Positions 55,198-64,000 of a DNA stretch of 64,000 nucleotides are shown here, piece by piece. How positions within the stretch are numbered: the stretch's first letter is position 1; each line of letters opens with the position of its first letter. The notes under the pieces were generated by a model that saw nothing but the letters and a program-made list of their open reading frames with translations, searched no databases and had not been told where the DNA came from. This DNA is from Vampirovibrionales bacterium (GTDB taxonomy: Bacteria > Cyanobacteriota > Vampirovibrionia > Vampirovibrionales > JAJTHC01), in assembly GCA_044358835.1 (NCBI GenBank), contig JBIKNF010000010.1:1753-65752 (forward strand). The letters are read 5' to 3'. The translations under genes were made by a program, and so were the position numbers.

Positions 55198-56955
55198 ATG
55201 ATGAGCCTTCGTGAATTGAGCTTAACGCATCTTGCCGTCTTTGATTCGCAATGCATCGATGTGCCACAAGGCATGACCGTCATTGCAGGAGAAGCCGGTG
55301 CTGGTAAAAGTTTAATGATTGATGCCATGGATTGGATTTTTGGGGGGCATGCTTCGGCTAAAGAAATTTTGCGAAAAGATTGTAACAAAGGCAGTGCGGG
55401 CCTTTTGTATGAAATTACCCCTGAGCATGATGCCGTTATTTGGCATGCTTTAGACGCAGAAGGGATTGATCTTGAGCGAAATGACCAAAACCATGTGTTG
55501 TTGGACATCACACGAGACTTCACCCCTAGCGGGAGTCGTTTCCGCATCAATGGTACGTCTGTGTCCCGTGCCTTTATGCAAAGCTTACGTCCCTATATGC
55601 TTGAATTACAAAGTCAACACAGTACTATTACTCTTATGCAACAAACGCATCAACAGCATCTGCTAGATGCCTATGGAGGAGTGGCACATCGAACTTGCCT
55701 TGAAGCGGTGGAAGGTGTTTTTCAGCAATGGAAGGAAGCGGTTGCTTGCTTAAACGCCTATGAAGTAGAAGAGCAACAAGCTAGTCATCGCTTACATGTG
55801 TTACGTTTACAAGTTGAAGAACTCGAGCGTTTTCAATTGAGCGATCTTCAAGAAGATTTAGAATTAGAAGAAGAAATCAATCGATTGGCTCATGCTGAAC
55901 AGTTACAATCCGCTTATGCTCAAGGTTTAGAGCTCATGGGCTTGGGGGAGGTGTCTCCTGATGCCCTTAACGTGTTGGATGTGTTGAGTGGCTTAAGTAA
56001 GCGACTCTCTTCCGTGGAAGCGTCAGAAAAGCGGTTGACTCCTATTTTAGAACAGTTAGACGCTATTCGTGAACAGTTAAGAGAAATGGGACATCAGCTT
56101 AATGCACTGAATGACGAAGTAGGGTTAAACCCCAAGCGTTTGGATGATTTACAAAGTCGTTTGAATGATCTTCAAAAACTCAAACGACTTTACGGCCCCA
56201 CTTTGGCGGACGTGATTCGCTACTATGAAAACAGTAGCCAAGAATTGGCGGAGTTAGAGTTTAGACACCGCAATCCAGACGCCTTAAAAACCCAAGTGGC
56301 AAGCGTAAGCCAGCATTTAACATCTGCTTGCCAAGCGTTGACGCAAGCCCGTCAACGCTTGGCGTTTGATTTAGAAGCCCAAGTGCAAGCGTCCTTAAGC
56401 GATTTGGCGATGCCTCATGCGCGCTTTAAAATTATTTTAGATCCTGTAGATCCCTACGCTCAAGGGCAAGAACGTGTGCAGTTTGCCTTTTCTGCAAACG
56501 TGGGCGATGAACTTAAACCCCTGGGCAAAGTCGCCAGTGGTGGTGAGTTGTCTCGCGTATTACTCGCCCTAACGGTGGCAAGCCTTCTTCCCGAAGCGGG
56601 TGAAACTCAAGCCAAAAAGCTTTATGTGTTTGACGAAATAGACACAGGCACCAGCGGGCAAGCCGCCAAAACCATTGGCCTTCAGCTACAGCGACTCGCT
56701 CAAGCGGGGCATCAAGTCTTGGTGGTGACCCACCAAGCGGTGGTGGCCGCGGCGGCACATCATCATTGGTGGGTCCATAAGCATGTGAATAATGGGGTGA
56801 CCGTTTCTTCGGTTAAAACCTTATTGAATCGTGCGGATGTGGCGGATTTATTGACGCATCTCGCCAGTGGGGAAGATGCACAAACACACCTGGCGTCTCG
56901 TCAATTTGCCGAAGCCTTGTTGAATCAAATGCAACCTGCTTTAAGTGTGGTATAA
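55198..56955 (+). CDS. recN: DNA repair protein RecN
   Basis: Walker A box GEAGAGKSLMIDAM, a long coiled-coil, ABC signature GGELSRVLLAL, and a D-loop. Start placed at MMSLRELSL (the RecN-type N-terminus) rather than the upstream ATG at 55171. Confidence 0.85.
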   Translation: MMSLRELSLTHLAVFDSQCIDVPQGMTVIAGEAGAGKSLMIDAMDWIFGGHASAKEILRKDCNKGSAGLLYEITPEHDAVIWHALDAEGIDLERNDQNHVLLDITRDFTPSGSRFRINGTSVSRAFMQSLRPYMLELQSQHSTITLMQQTHQQHLLDAYGGVAHRTCLEAVEGVFQQWKEAVACLNAYEVEEQQASHRLHVLRLQVEELERFQLSDLQEDLELEEEINRLAHAEQLQSAYAQGLELMGLGEVSPDALNVLDVLSGLSKRLSSVEASEKRLTPILEQLDAIREQLREMGHQLNALNDEVGLNPKRLDDLQSRLNDLQKLKRLYGPTLADVIRYYENSSQELAELEFRHRNPDALKTQVASVSQHLTSACQALTQARQRLAFDLEAQVQASLSDLAMPHARFKIILDPVDPYAQGQERVQFAFSANVGDELKPLGKVASGGELSRVLLALTVASLLPEAGETQAKKLYVFDEIDTGTSGQAAKTIGLQLQRLAQAGHQVLVVTHQAVVAAAAHHHWWVHKHVNNGVTVSSVKTLLNRADVADLLTHLASGEDAQTHLASRQFAEALLNQMQPALSVV

Positions 56956-57086
56956 TCGTAAAGTTCACGTGTTAAACTAACAGTGCTCAAGTGCTTCAAC
57001 AAGTACGCGTTTGACTTTCATACAAAAAACGCTGCCCACTAGGGCTATAACGTTTCGCTTAAACTCCTTCGCTCAAGCCTGATTGC

Positions 57087-58052
57087 TTGAACAGATCTTC
57101 AGTTCAGCATAACAAAATAGGAATCCCCCCTTGTATGACGCCCCCCTTTGAACATGAAAAGACCAAGCATTTGTTTAAAAAAGCCTTGATTGTCGTCAAA
57201 GAAAGTACGGATCCTGATGGGGAATATGTGGCCCGCACAGAACGCTTTCTTTCTATGGCAGGACTAGAGGTTCATATTGCCAAAGCCAGTTTTGATGACG
57301 GATGTGCCGCGTTGTGGGAAGAACGTAAGCAATGGTCGCCTGATTTGATCATCGTCGTAGGGGGAGACGGTACCTTCTTACGAACCGCTCAATGTTACGC
57401 CCCCGCTGAAATTCCCATGATTGGTATTAATCGCGGGAACTTGGGATTCTTAACACGTATTGAAACCGAAGCCATCGAAAAATACTTGGCCCAATTATTA
57501 GCAGGCGATTTTCATCGAGAAGAACGTATGTTACTTGAAGTGCAATGTGCCACGTTGAGAGAAGAGGACGCCCCACGGATTGCCCTGAATGATGTGGTGG
57601 TTAAAACCGCAAACCCTAGTCAAATGGCACGTTTGGATCTTTTTATAGATGAATTTCCTGTGGCTTGTTATGACGCGGATGGGCTGATTGTCTCTACCCC
57701 TACAGGGTCTACCGCCTATAATCTGGCAGCAGGAGGTCCCGTCTTGGTGCCTGATGTAGCGGCACTGGTCATTACACCGATTTGTCCGCATAGTCTTTCA
57801 GCAAAACCTATTGTGGTACCCGCTTCTTCAAGCATTCGTATTGAAGCTGTTAAACGTAATATCCACCCAATTATGTTTAGCCTCGATGGCCAAGACCCCT
57901 TGCCCGTCGCCAATGGGGAAAGTATTTACATAAAAGAATCTAACAGTGCTTTACAACTCTTGGGCTTTGATCAACCTGAAGACAATTTCTATTGGCTGTT
58001 GCGAAAAAAATTACAGTGGGGCAGCAACCCCCGAACTGAAATACAAGTGTGA
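57087..58052 (+). CDS. nadK: NAD+ kinase
   Basis: GGDGTFL motif (IVVGGDGTFLRTAQ), NDVVV, and DGLIVSTPTGSTAYNLAAGGP. The start may be the internal Met at 57135. Confidence 0.8.
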   Translation: MNRSSVQHNKIGIPPCMTPPFEHEKTKHLFKKALIVVKESTDPDGEYVARTERFLSMAGLEVHIAKASFDDGCAALWEERKQWSPDLIIVVGGDGTFLRTAQCYAPAEIPMIGINRGNLGFLTRIETEAIEKYLAQLLAGDFHREERMLLEVQCATLREEDAPRIALNDVVVKTANPSQMARLDLFIDEFPVACYDADGLIVSTPTGSTAYNLAAGGPVLVPDVAALVITPICPHSLSAKPIVVPASSSIRIEAVKRNIHPIMFSLDGQDPLPVANGESIYIKESNSALQLLGFDQPEDNFYWLLRKKLQWGSNPRTEIQV

Positions 58053-58067
58053 AATACAAGTGTACAT

Positions 58068-58862
58068 ATGGCTCGACTGGCACAAACGGTTACAGGCATT
58101 TGCTTAAGAAGTATCGAATATACTGAACGGTCTCGCATTGCCACCTATTTAAGTAAAGAATTAGGCAAAGTAGACGTCTTACTTGCTCAAGCCAAGGGGG
58201 CTAAAGCGAAGCATGGGGGGGCAAGTGAACTAGGCGGTATTTTTAACCTTCATCTTAGGCGCTCAACGTCTGCTTCATCGTTATGTCGATTAGAGCAGTA
58301 TGAGGTGCATACCGCTCTGGATTTTGCAAAGGGGCTTGAGTATGAAGCCTATGAAGCCCTCATGCCCTGCTTAGAACTCATGAGGCTTTTTGCTATTTCC
58401 TTTGATGAAGACGCCCACAAGCGACAACGCCTTTTTGCCCAATATGAAGCCTTGCTTGCCTTGTGGCAACAAGCCACAGAGGCTTGTTTTTTGCAGTGGT
58501 CCAAACTTTGGTTTTGGCAAGGCCTTTTAGGCTTAAGTGGGCAATTGCCTTCATGGGGATGGGATGTTGTGCATCAACAGCCAGTTGTTTGGCAGGGTGA
58601 AGCGGAAGTTCGCTTAGTGTTTCAACCTAATGCAGGAGGACTCTCTTTAATTCCTGCTTCACAACTGATGAAAGAAGATCTGGAACAATGGGGGGTGTCT
58701 TATGGCGTGTGGAAGAGTCTAAGTGTTTTAGAAGCGTTACAAAACGAGCCCTTTAAAGCCTTATTAGAAGTGCCTCAACCGCCTTTAAGTACCTTAAAAA
58801 AAGTCGAAGCCTTTTATGTGGCAGTCCTTAAAACGCAGGAACTTCACTTGAAAAGCTGTTAA
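58068..58862 (+). CDS. recO: Probable DNA repair protein RecO
   Basis: 264 aa. N-terminal OB-fold-like region (GICLRSIEYTERSRIATYLSKELGKVDVLLAQAKG). The recN-nadK-recO neighbourhood is consistent. No zinc-finger Cys pattern is visible, so confidence is moderate. Confidence 0.5.
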   Translation: MARLAQTVTGICLRSIEYTERSRIATYLSKELGKVDVLLAQAKGAKAKHGGASELGGIFNLHLRRSTSASSLCRLEQYEVHTALDFAKGLEYEAYEALMPCLELMRLFAISFDEDAHKRQRLFAQYEALLALWQQATEACFLQWSKLWFWQGLLGLSGQLPSWGWDVVHQQPVVWQGEAEVRLVFQPNAGGLSLIPASQLMKEDLEQWGVSYGVWKSLSVLEALQNEPFKALLEVPQPPLSTLKKVEAFYVAVLKTQELHLKSC

Positions 58863-59045
58863 TACCAATTATAGTGTTTTATACATAAGAAGTGGTAGAC
58901 TTGAGAATTATTGTATTTTGGATTTTTATCTCCGTTTAACGCTGGTGCTTGGGGGTCTTTGTGCCGCCAAACCGCCATAGGCGGTCTACATGTTAGCTTG
59001 TCTGATAAATAAGGAGATTGCTCACAACCCCCAAAGGCGGTTCAA

Positions 59046-59100
59046 GGAGGGGGAAATGAGGGAGGACGTATTGCGTTTCTCCTCCCTCATTTCCCCCTCC
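59046..59100. other. Perfect 21-bp inverted repeat with a 13-nt loop (GC-rich hairpin) in a 450-bp convergent intergenic region
   Basis: ggagggggaaatgagggagga at 59046-59066 pairs exactly with tcctccctcatttccccctcc at 59080-59100. No U-tract on either side. Confidence 0.85.
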
Positions 59101-59314
59101 TTGAAAATCCACCCCCTTTTGACCCACCTCGTCGCATCATTCTCGTTGCACGACGTCCGCAAAATCGCTCGGGGATTCGCAGTGCGCTCACCCGCTCGGA
59201 TTTAGTGCTTGGACGCCTGCTTGTGCAACGAGTTTAAACATACCACTTTTTAGGTAAAAAATACTATATATAGTATTCGAAAGACAGAGGTAGGCATGGG
59301 CATCTCGACTTATT

Positions 59315-60670
59315 TTAGAAGCCTTGGTTTTCTGTGGTACTTATATGTTGCAACAGTTCATAACAATTGCGTACTTCTTCGCTCAACTGGGTGGGGATTA
59401 GAATTGACACCCGCAATAAGTATGTTTCGTTGTGGTGGGTAATCCGCAACAATTGATTGGGTTTAATCCCTGCTGGGATGCTGATATGACCCAAGCTCTG
59501 TTCTTGAGTCCCCTGCTGGGGGAGTAACACGTCTTTTTCAGTCCCCAGCACCGCTTCCCAGACTTCTAGCATTAACGGGAGTTCAGGGGGTTGAGCAGTC
59601 GTTTTTTCAACCGTGGATTTCGCTGAAGCAGACGAAGACGTTCGCCGTGTTTGAGAAGAAGCTTGCTTTGAAACAAAAGAGTTTGCTTGCTTAGCCCCCT
59701 CTTCATTGGGCGACTTGTGCTGAAAAGACGACACGGTAGAATCTTGCCCTTCAACAGCATTGGCACAGTCCTCTTCCCGATCCTGTTCAATAAGGTCTTC
59801 CCCTTCCGTGTTGGTTTCGTTTGAAAGGTCATCGTCTTCTGTAGAAGTCTGCACTTGTGGAGGTCGATTTGGTTTTGGGGAATCCCCCACGCTGAACCAG
59901 CTTATTCCACTGGGGTTTACTTTTTCAACCTGTAGATTAAGTAAAATGCTATTGTTAATGGCCAGTTTTAAAACGCACGCATTACTGTGATCAGGGATGA
60001 CTCCAAAGGGTACCTGCACATGTTGTAAAATAGTTCCCGTGTAATAATTCACACACTTAAATAAAACCCCTTTTTGTGCCGCTTGCTGCCGTTGTTTTGC
60101 GGTGGGTTCCCACGTGGCATGCCACGTATTGGGCTTGGATTCCACGACATAAAGCGTGTACCATTTTTTCCAAAACATGGGTTTAGAAGGCACTGCAATA
60201 AAAGGTTCGCTTGTTTCAAGGGGCTTACTCGGGTGATTCTTCCCCGTGTGATGCGTGTTTCTGTGCTTGGGGTTTGAAACTTGCACGGCTTTTTCGCCAT
60301 GTGTAGTTTTACTGGGGGAAGTGTGAGGGTGACGCTCTTTGCCCCCTTCTTTAGAAGCGGCTTTTTTTGTTTTGGCCTGATGCGTACTCACCCGTTGCTT
60401 AACGGCGTCAATCACGCTTTGCAACTGTTCGTCATAGTACTGCTTTTTACCGGGGTGATTCAAAATCGTATAGGCCAAAAGGACGCTTTTAAAAATTTCC
60501 GTGGCTTCTTCACGTAATTCAGGCGCCACCACGTCAGGATGCGTCGTTTTCACTAAGCCTCTATACGCCTTACGCACTTCGCTCAGCGAGGCATAATTTT
60601 CAAGCCCAAGTACCTTGTAGTAGTTGACAAGCGTTCCTGAATTAAAAACGGTATCCTTTTGACGAGCCAT
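59315..60670 (-). CDS. J-domain (DnaJ-like) protein with a long low-complexity or disordered central region
   Basis: N-terminal J domain YYKVLGLENYASLSEVRKAYRGLVKTTHPDV (HPD motif). There is no Gly/Phe or zinc-finger region of canonical DnaJ. 451 aa. Confidence 0.7.
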   Translation of the reverse strand: MARQKDTVFNSGTLVNYYKVLGLENYASLSEVRKAYRGLVKTTHPDVVAPELREEATEIFKSVLLAYTILNHPGKKQYYDEQLQSVIDAVKQRVSTHQAKTKKAASKEGGKERHPHTSPSKTTHGEKAVQVSNPKHRNTHHTGKNHPSKPLETSEPFIAVPSKPMFWKKWYTLYVVESKPNTWHATWEPTAKQRQQAAQKGVLFKCVNYYTGTILQHVQVPFGVIPDHSNACVLKLAINNSILLNLQVEKVNPSGISWFSVGDSPKPNRPPQVQTSTEDDDLSNETNTEGEDLIEQDREEDCANAVEGQDSTVSSFQHKSPNEEGAKQANSFVSKQASSQTRRTSSSASAKSTVEKTTAQPPELPLMLEVWEAVLGTEKDVLLPQQGTQEQSLGHISIPAGIKPNQLLRITHHNETYLLRVSILIPTQLSEEVRNCYELLQHISTTENQGF

Positions 60671-60708
60671 TGTTCGTTGTCCTTAGAGTCGTCTACATTT
60701 CTAAAATA

Positions 60709-60858
60709 TATAGTGTTCGAAAGATGAAACAGGCGATGAGGCTATTCTAGGAGCCTAGATTTTTTTGTGCGGGCGTGTACATAAACGTACATAACCAAGC
60801 AAAAAAATCGTAGCGACAACGAAGAGACCATAGACCGTTTTATCTAGCGGATACTATA
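60709..60858 (+). repeat. Copy (B) of the ~150-nt 5'-region repeat family, 38 bp upstream of the J-domain gene start
   Basis: tatagtgttcgaaagatgaaacaggcgatgaggctattctaggagcc...aaaaaaatcgtagcgacaacgaagagacc...actatag. Confidence 0.85.
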
Positions 60859-60930
60859 GTATGTTGGATGGCATAACAACAGAGCTAGCCATCACCTTGA
60901 AAATTCGTCCAAATAAAGTGCTTTAAAAAC

Positions 60931-61716
60931 TTACTTCATGGGCAGAATCGGAAAAAGCATTAACCATACACCCATCAACAATAAAAGCCACCCACTGGCT
61001 TGCTGTAATCGTTCCAACCACAATGATTCTAGGCGTTGTTGTAAAACAGGTAAAATAAACGGCAACACTAAAAACAAGACCCCTTGGCCAACGCTGTACA
61101 TCACAATACTGAATAGACTCACCGCAGGGTGGGGGCTATGTAATAAAAGTACCGTCAATGCCAATAAAAACGGCGTACTACAAGGTGAAAGAATAAAAGC
61201 GTAACTGACGCCTAATAGCAAGGGCTTTAGTGCTTCAAGCCAAGGGATTTGACTCAATTTAAAAAGCCCTTGCGTCGCATTTTGAAACTGAAAAGACGCT
61301 TGCCATTTCTGAAGGATAGACAATCCCAAAAGAAAGGTGAAGGCGCCTGCAAGCACCCATACCCACGGTTGATTCCATGCCCCAAACATCACCCAACGTA
61401 ACTGCAACGCCATAAAACCCAATACAGTCAACGCGAGCACCATGCCTGTGGTAAATAAAAGACTTAAGTGCAAATAGCGACGAAACCCCTTTAAGCGTTC
61501 TTGAAAATCAGGCGAAGCGTGCGTGCGTTCATTTAAAGGCGATTCCCCAAATAGGTAGAGCCCCCACAACGGTAGAATACTTACGGTGCAAGGATTTAAC
61601 GTATTCAGCACACCTAACAAAAATGCAAACAAAGGCGACCACCACCCCAAGGGATGCCCCTGCACCCAGCTCATGGCTTCATGCCCCACCCCTTCTAAAA
61701 AAGAAAGGAACATCAT
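60931..61716 (-). CDS. ccdA: Cytochrome c-type biogenesis / thiol-disulfide transporter CcdA (DsbD-family transmembrane domain)
   Basis: Polytopic. Conserved Cys in TM helices (LNTLNPCTVSILP and ILSPCSTPFLLAL). Confidence 0.7.
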   Translation of the reverse strand: MMFLSFLEGVGHEAMSWVQGHPLGWWSPLFAFLLGVLNTLNPCTVSILPLWGLYLFGESPLNERTHASPDFQERLKGFRRYLHLSLLFTTGMVLALTVLGFMALQLRWVMFGAWNQPWVWVLAGAFTFLLGLSILQKWQASFQFQNATQGLFKLSQIPWLEALKPLLLGVSYAFILSPCSTPFLLALTVLLLHSPHPAVSLFSIVMYSVGQGVLFLVLPFILPVLQQRLESLWLERLQQASGWLLLLMGVWLMLFPILPMK

Positions 61717-62255
61717 TACTGGCAGCCTAATAGGCTATTGGGATTCGGCATGACTTTAGGCCGTTGTTCGGGTGCAAGCTGTATTTTTTTGAATGCTTCA
61801 TGTAAGTACTCCACTTTCTGATTCCCTGCCAGAACAGAAGAAACCGACCCGCCTTTGGCAATAAAAATTAAAGTAGGGGTAACTACAGGAGCGTAGGCCG
61901 ACATTAGGGCATCGTAATGTTTAAGGCCTAAAGAGCATTGCGGTTTATGGTTAAGGTTTAAATCCAAAACGGGGATTTCAAGATACGTTTTTCTCACTTG
62001 CGCCAAAATAGGTTTTAAGACTTGACATTCCGCACATAAATCAGCGGTAACGGTTAAAAGCAAAGGGCTTTCACTTAAAAAGGGTATTAAGCTTACGGCT
62101 TGTGCGGGGAGCACATTTTGAGCGAAGGTGATTTTTTCTTCACCAGGGCGAGTCACCGATTCGCTATGCTCAAGGGGAGGCGGTGTGCATCCGCCGAGAG
62201 GGGTCATTGCTAGTGCTACGCAAGCAATGCTCAAAATCTTGAAAGGCTTTTTCAT
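61716..62255 (-). CDS. Thioredoxin-fold lipoprotein (TlpA/ResA-like thiol-disulfide oxidoreductase)
   Basis: Signal peptide with the lipobox LGGC, and a CxxC motif (CAECQVLKP). Translationally coupled to ccdA by a one-base overlap. Confidence 0.6.
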   Translation of the reverse strand: MKKPFKILSIACVALAMTPLGGCTPPPLEHSESVTRPGEEKITFAQNVLPAQAVSLIPFLSESPLLLTVTADLCAECQVLKPILAQVRKTYLEIPVLDLNLNHKPQCSLGLKHYDALMSAYAPVVTPTLIFIAKGGSVSSVLAGNQKVEYLHEAFKKIQLAPEQRPKVMPNPNSLLGCQ

Positions 62256-62334
62256 GGAGGAGTCTCTTATGGATAAATGAATTTAGTGGCTTAACTGTTG
62301 TATTATACCATTATTTCAGAAGAACGGAATACCC

Positions 62335-63702
62335 TTAAACCACCAAGGTAAACACATTCCCTGAACGACGTTCCACACGCCCCGTAATTTCTAAAAGACT
62401 CAATTCTCCCAACACATCGTGCGGTTTCATGCCTGACAACAAGGCCATCGAATCCACATGAAGTTCTTTGGATTTACTTTGTCTTAACAGAGACAACAAC
62501 ACGTTGTCGTCTTCGGCAGGGCCTTCTACTTCTGACGTATCCGCTTCTTTAGGCACTTCTATGGCGTCTGACGTTTTGGAGACGTCTTTGTTCAAGGGGT
62601 CTTCTATCACGTTGGGACTGGCTGTTTTACGCTGAATCGTGTCCAGCAAATTGGTTCGTTTTTCTTCAGAAATTTCTTTAATGGTAGAAACAAGCTTTTC
62701 GGCCCCCACAATGCCCAGTAAATCAGCGAGATCTTGACCGCAACTAATGGGCATGGCCCCTTCTTTTAACAGTTTTAAAGGGCCTGCGGCGCCTTCACGG
62801 GTAATATCCATCGGCAACACGCCCACATCTCGACTTTCTTCTAACGCAATTCGAGCGGACACCATCGTTCCGCTTAACAAGCTACCTTCCACCACCCACA
62901 AGGCAGGACTCAGACCCACAATCAGGCGGTTGCGTCGCGGAAAAGATTTTGGAATAGGAGGAACGCCCAACGGCATTTCACTCAAAAGCAAGCCCTGTCC
63001 TTCTAAAATGGCCTTGGCCAAGTACTCATTACACGGAGGCGTCATATAATCTAAGCCCCCTGCCAGTACGGCAATGGTGGGGATCCCCTCGTTCAAAGCA
63101 CTTTGGTGAGCCACCGCATCAATGCCCATGGCTAGCCCGCTGACGATGCACGGCTTTAGGGGGACCGCTTCTTCTAAAATACGCATTAATTGTTCACACG
63201 CGTAATCGCTGGCATGACGCGTACCCACCACCGACAAAAACGGGTGTTCGGATTGTAATAACTCTACATTGCCTTGGTAAAATAAGATCGCAGGCGATTC
63301 ATGGATCTGTGCCAAGCGTTCAGGGAATCGTTCATCATGGCATCCCATCCATCCAACCTCTTGGGTTTGGTAATGGTGTAACACGCTTTTAAGGTGTTCC
63401 TTAAAATAAACTTGTTTTTCTTTCCAAGCGTTTAACAAGGTGGGTGGAAAGGAGGCAAAGCTTTCGCCAAAATGTTCTGCTCCCCATTCAGGTGGCACCC
63501 AAAACAATTGCCACAACAATTCGCCCCCAAAAGACTGAAACAACTGCTTTTGGCGCTTTAGCCCAAGTTTTGGAATGTGCCCCCATAACAGCACAGCCAG
63601 TGCGTTTGCATCCAGTGTGGGGAAGTCTTTTGAAAGGGCTTCAAGGTGGGGCGCGTAATTACGGCTGACGGCTTCAAGGGCGTGAAACTTGAGATGAAGC
63701 AT
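62335..63702 (-). CDS. dprA: DNA processing protein DprA (Smf) with extended N- and C-terminal domains
   Basis: Rossmann-like DprA core VVGTRHASDYACEQLMRIL...IVSGLAMGIDAVAHQSAL...IAVLAGGLD...RNRLIVGLS. 455 aa. Confidence 0.8.
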   Translation of the reverse strand: MLHLKFHALEAVSRNYAPHLEALSKDFPTLDANALAVLLWGHIPKLGLKRQKQLFQSFGGELLWQLFWVPPEWGAEHFGESFASFPPTLLNAWKEKQVYFKEHLKSVLHHYQTQEVGWMGCHDERFPERLAQIHESPAILFYQGNVELLQSEHPFLSVVGTRHASDYACEQLMRILEEAVPLKPCIVSGLAMGIDAVAHQSALNEGIPTIAVLAGGLDYMTPPCNEYLAKAILEGQGLLLSEMPLGVPPIPKSFPRRNRLIVGLSPALWVVEGSLLSGTMVSARIALEESRDVGVLPMDITREGAAGPLKLLKEGAMPISCGQDLADLLGIVGAEKLVSTIKEISEEKRTNLLDTIQRKTASPNVIEDPLNKDVSKTSDAIEVPKEADTSEVEGPAEDDNVLLSLLRQSKSKELHVDSMALLSGMKPHDVLGELSLLEITGRVERRSGNVFTLVV

Positions 63703-63888
63703 GGAAAGGCATCCTTTAAGGGTTGCGTTTTATTTTACGCCATCCACACGCCAAAAACAAGGGAAAGTCTTTAGGCTCACAAAAACACCAAGACGCGTAT
63801 CAAAAAATTTTAACTTTCCTTGAACGCCACCGTAACACAATAAACAGTGCCTTGCAAAACGCCGTGTTTCGCCTAAAATAAAACCAAT

Positions 63889-63971
63889 GCCTAAGTGGCG
63901 AAATGGTAGACGCGCATGTTTCAGGGACATGTGGGGGCAACCCTGTGGAAGTTCGAGTCTTCTCTTAGGCA
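63889..63971 (+). tRNA. tRNA-Leu (anticodon CAG), with long variable arm
   Basis: Acceptor GCCTAAG/CTTAGGC, D-arm GCGAAATGGTAGACGC, anticodon loop TTCAGGG, variable stem-loop TGGGGGCAACCCTGT, T-arm GGAAGTTCGAGTCTTCT. Confidence 0.8.
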
Positions 63972-64000
63972 GTTTGTGGTATACTTATGGCTGAGCGTCT

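Noticed and set aside
58990-59205. 71-aa ORF in the recO / J-protein intergenic region
   Set aside because: The reading frame runs straight through a perfect 21-bp hairpin and has no ribosome-binding site. The region is more plausibly non-coding or structured RNA.
63730-63930. 66-aa minus-strand ORF overlapping the tRNA-Leu gene
   Set aside because: It overlaps a well-formed tRNA on the opposite strand and lies in the dprA upstream region. Judged spurious.
1-64000. Search for insertion sequences, integrases, phage genes, restriction-modification genes or a CRISPR-Cas locus that would mark a mobile or defence island
   Set aside because: No transposase, integrase, recombinase, methyltransferase or cas-like translation was recognised in any frame. 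The only candidates for mobility are the short non-coding repeat families reported above. The WYL-like pair is not flanked by recognisable defence genes.

Overview
This 64 kb window is a gene-dense bacterial chromosomal segment of about 45 % GC. It contains no rRNA genes, CRISPR arrays or recognisable transposases. I place it tentatively in an environmental Chlamydiae-like (Parachlamydiaceae-type) genome, but that is an inference I cannot verify here.

Housekeeping genes that are clearly recognisable from the translations:
- ileS (5' part, reconstructed by hand on the minus strand), mutY, ndh (type II NADH dehydrogenase), dnaK, radA, dnaG, recN, nadK, dprA.
- A kefB-type K+/H+ antiporter, the two subunits korA and korB of a 2-oxoacid:ferredoxin oxidoreductase, and a CcdA plus thioredoxin-like lipoprotein pair.
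- tRNA-Arg(ACG) and tRNA-Leu(CAG).

System-level content:
- A type II secretion module (lipoprotein, gspD, gspE, gspF). Its secretin carries a 315-nt (AGGA)n repeat array. Two pseudopilin-like genes lie elsewhere in the window.
- A surface-glycan or lipid-A modification trio (gtrA-like, ArnT-like GT-C glycosyltransferase, GT2 polyprenyl-phosphate glycosyltransferase).
- Two tandem, paralogous sigma-70-family sigma factors on the minus strand. The divergent copy has two adjacent pentanucleotide repeats, (TTGGG)8 and (ACTGG)4, inside its 5' coding end.
- A complete chemosensory operon (cheA with two CheW-like domains, cheW, REC-less cheB, cheR, cheY, cheX, cheY) with no flagellar genes and no MCP gene in view.
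- Directly 3' of that operon sits a 442-aa protein whose C-terminus carries all four RelA/SpoT synthetase motifs but which has no HD hydrolase domain. It has its own extended -10 promoter. I rank this che-plus-alarmone-synthetase arrangement as the most interesting candidate system in the window.

Other observations:
- A roughly 150-nt repeat family (four full copies plus solo ends) always sits in the 5' region of a gene and always in the same relative orientation. The downstream genes include dnaK and a J-domain gene.
- A triplicated family of about 110-aa alpha-helical proteins.
- A tandem pair of WYL-domain-like regulators, translationally coupled to a membrane protein and a pseudopilin.
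- Homopolymeric C13 and G10 tracts, a 210-bp inverted-repeat element, and a 21-bp perfect hairpin in a convergent intergenic region.
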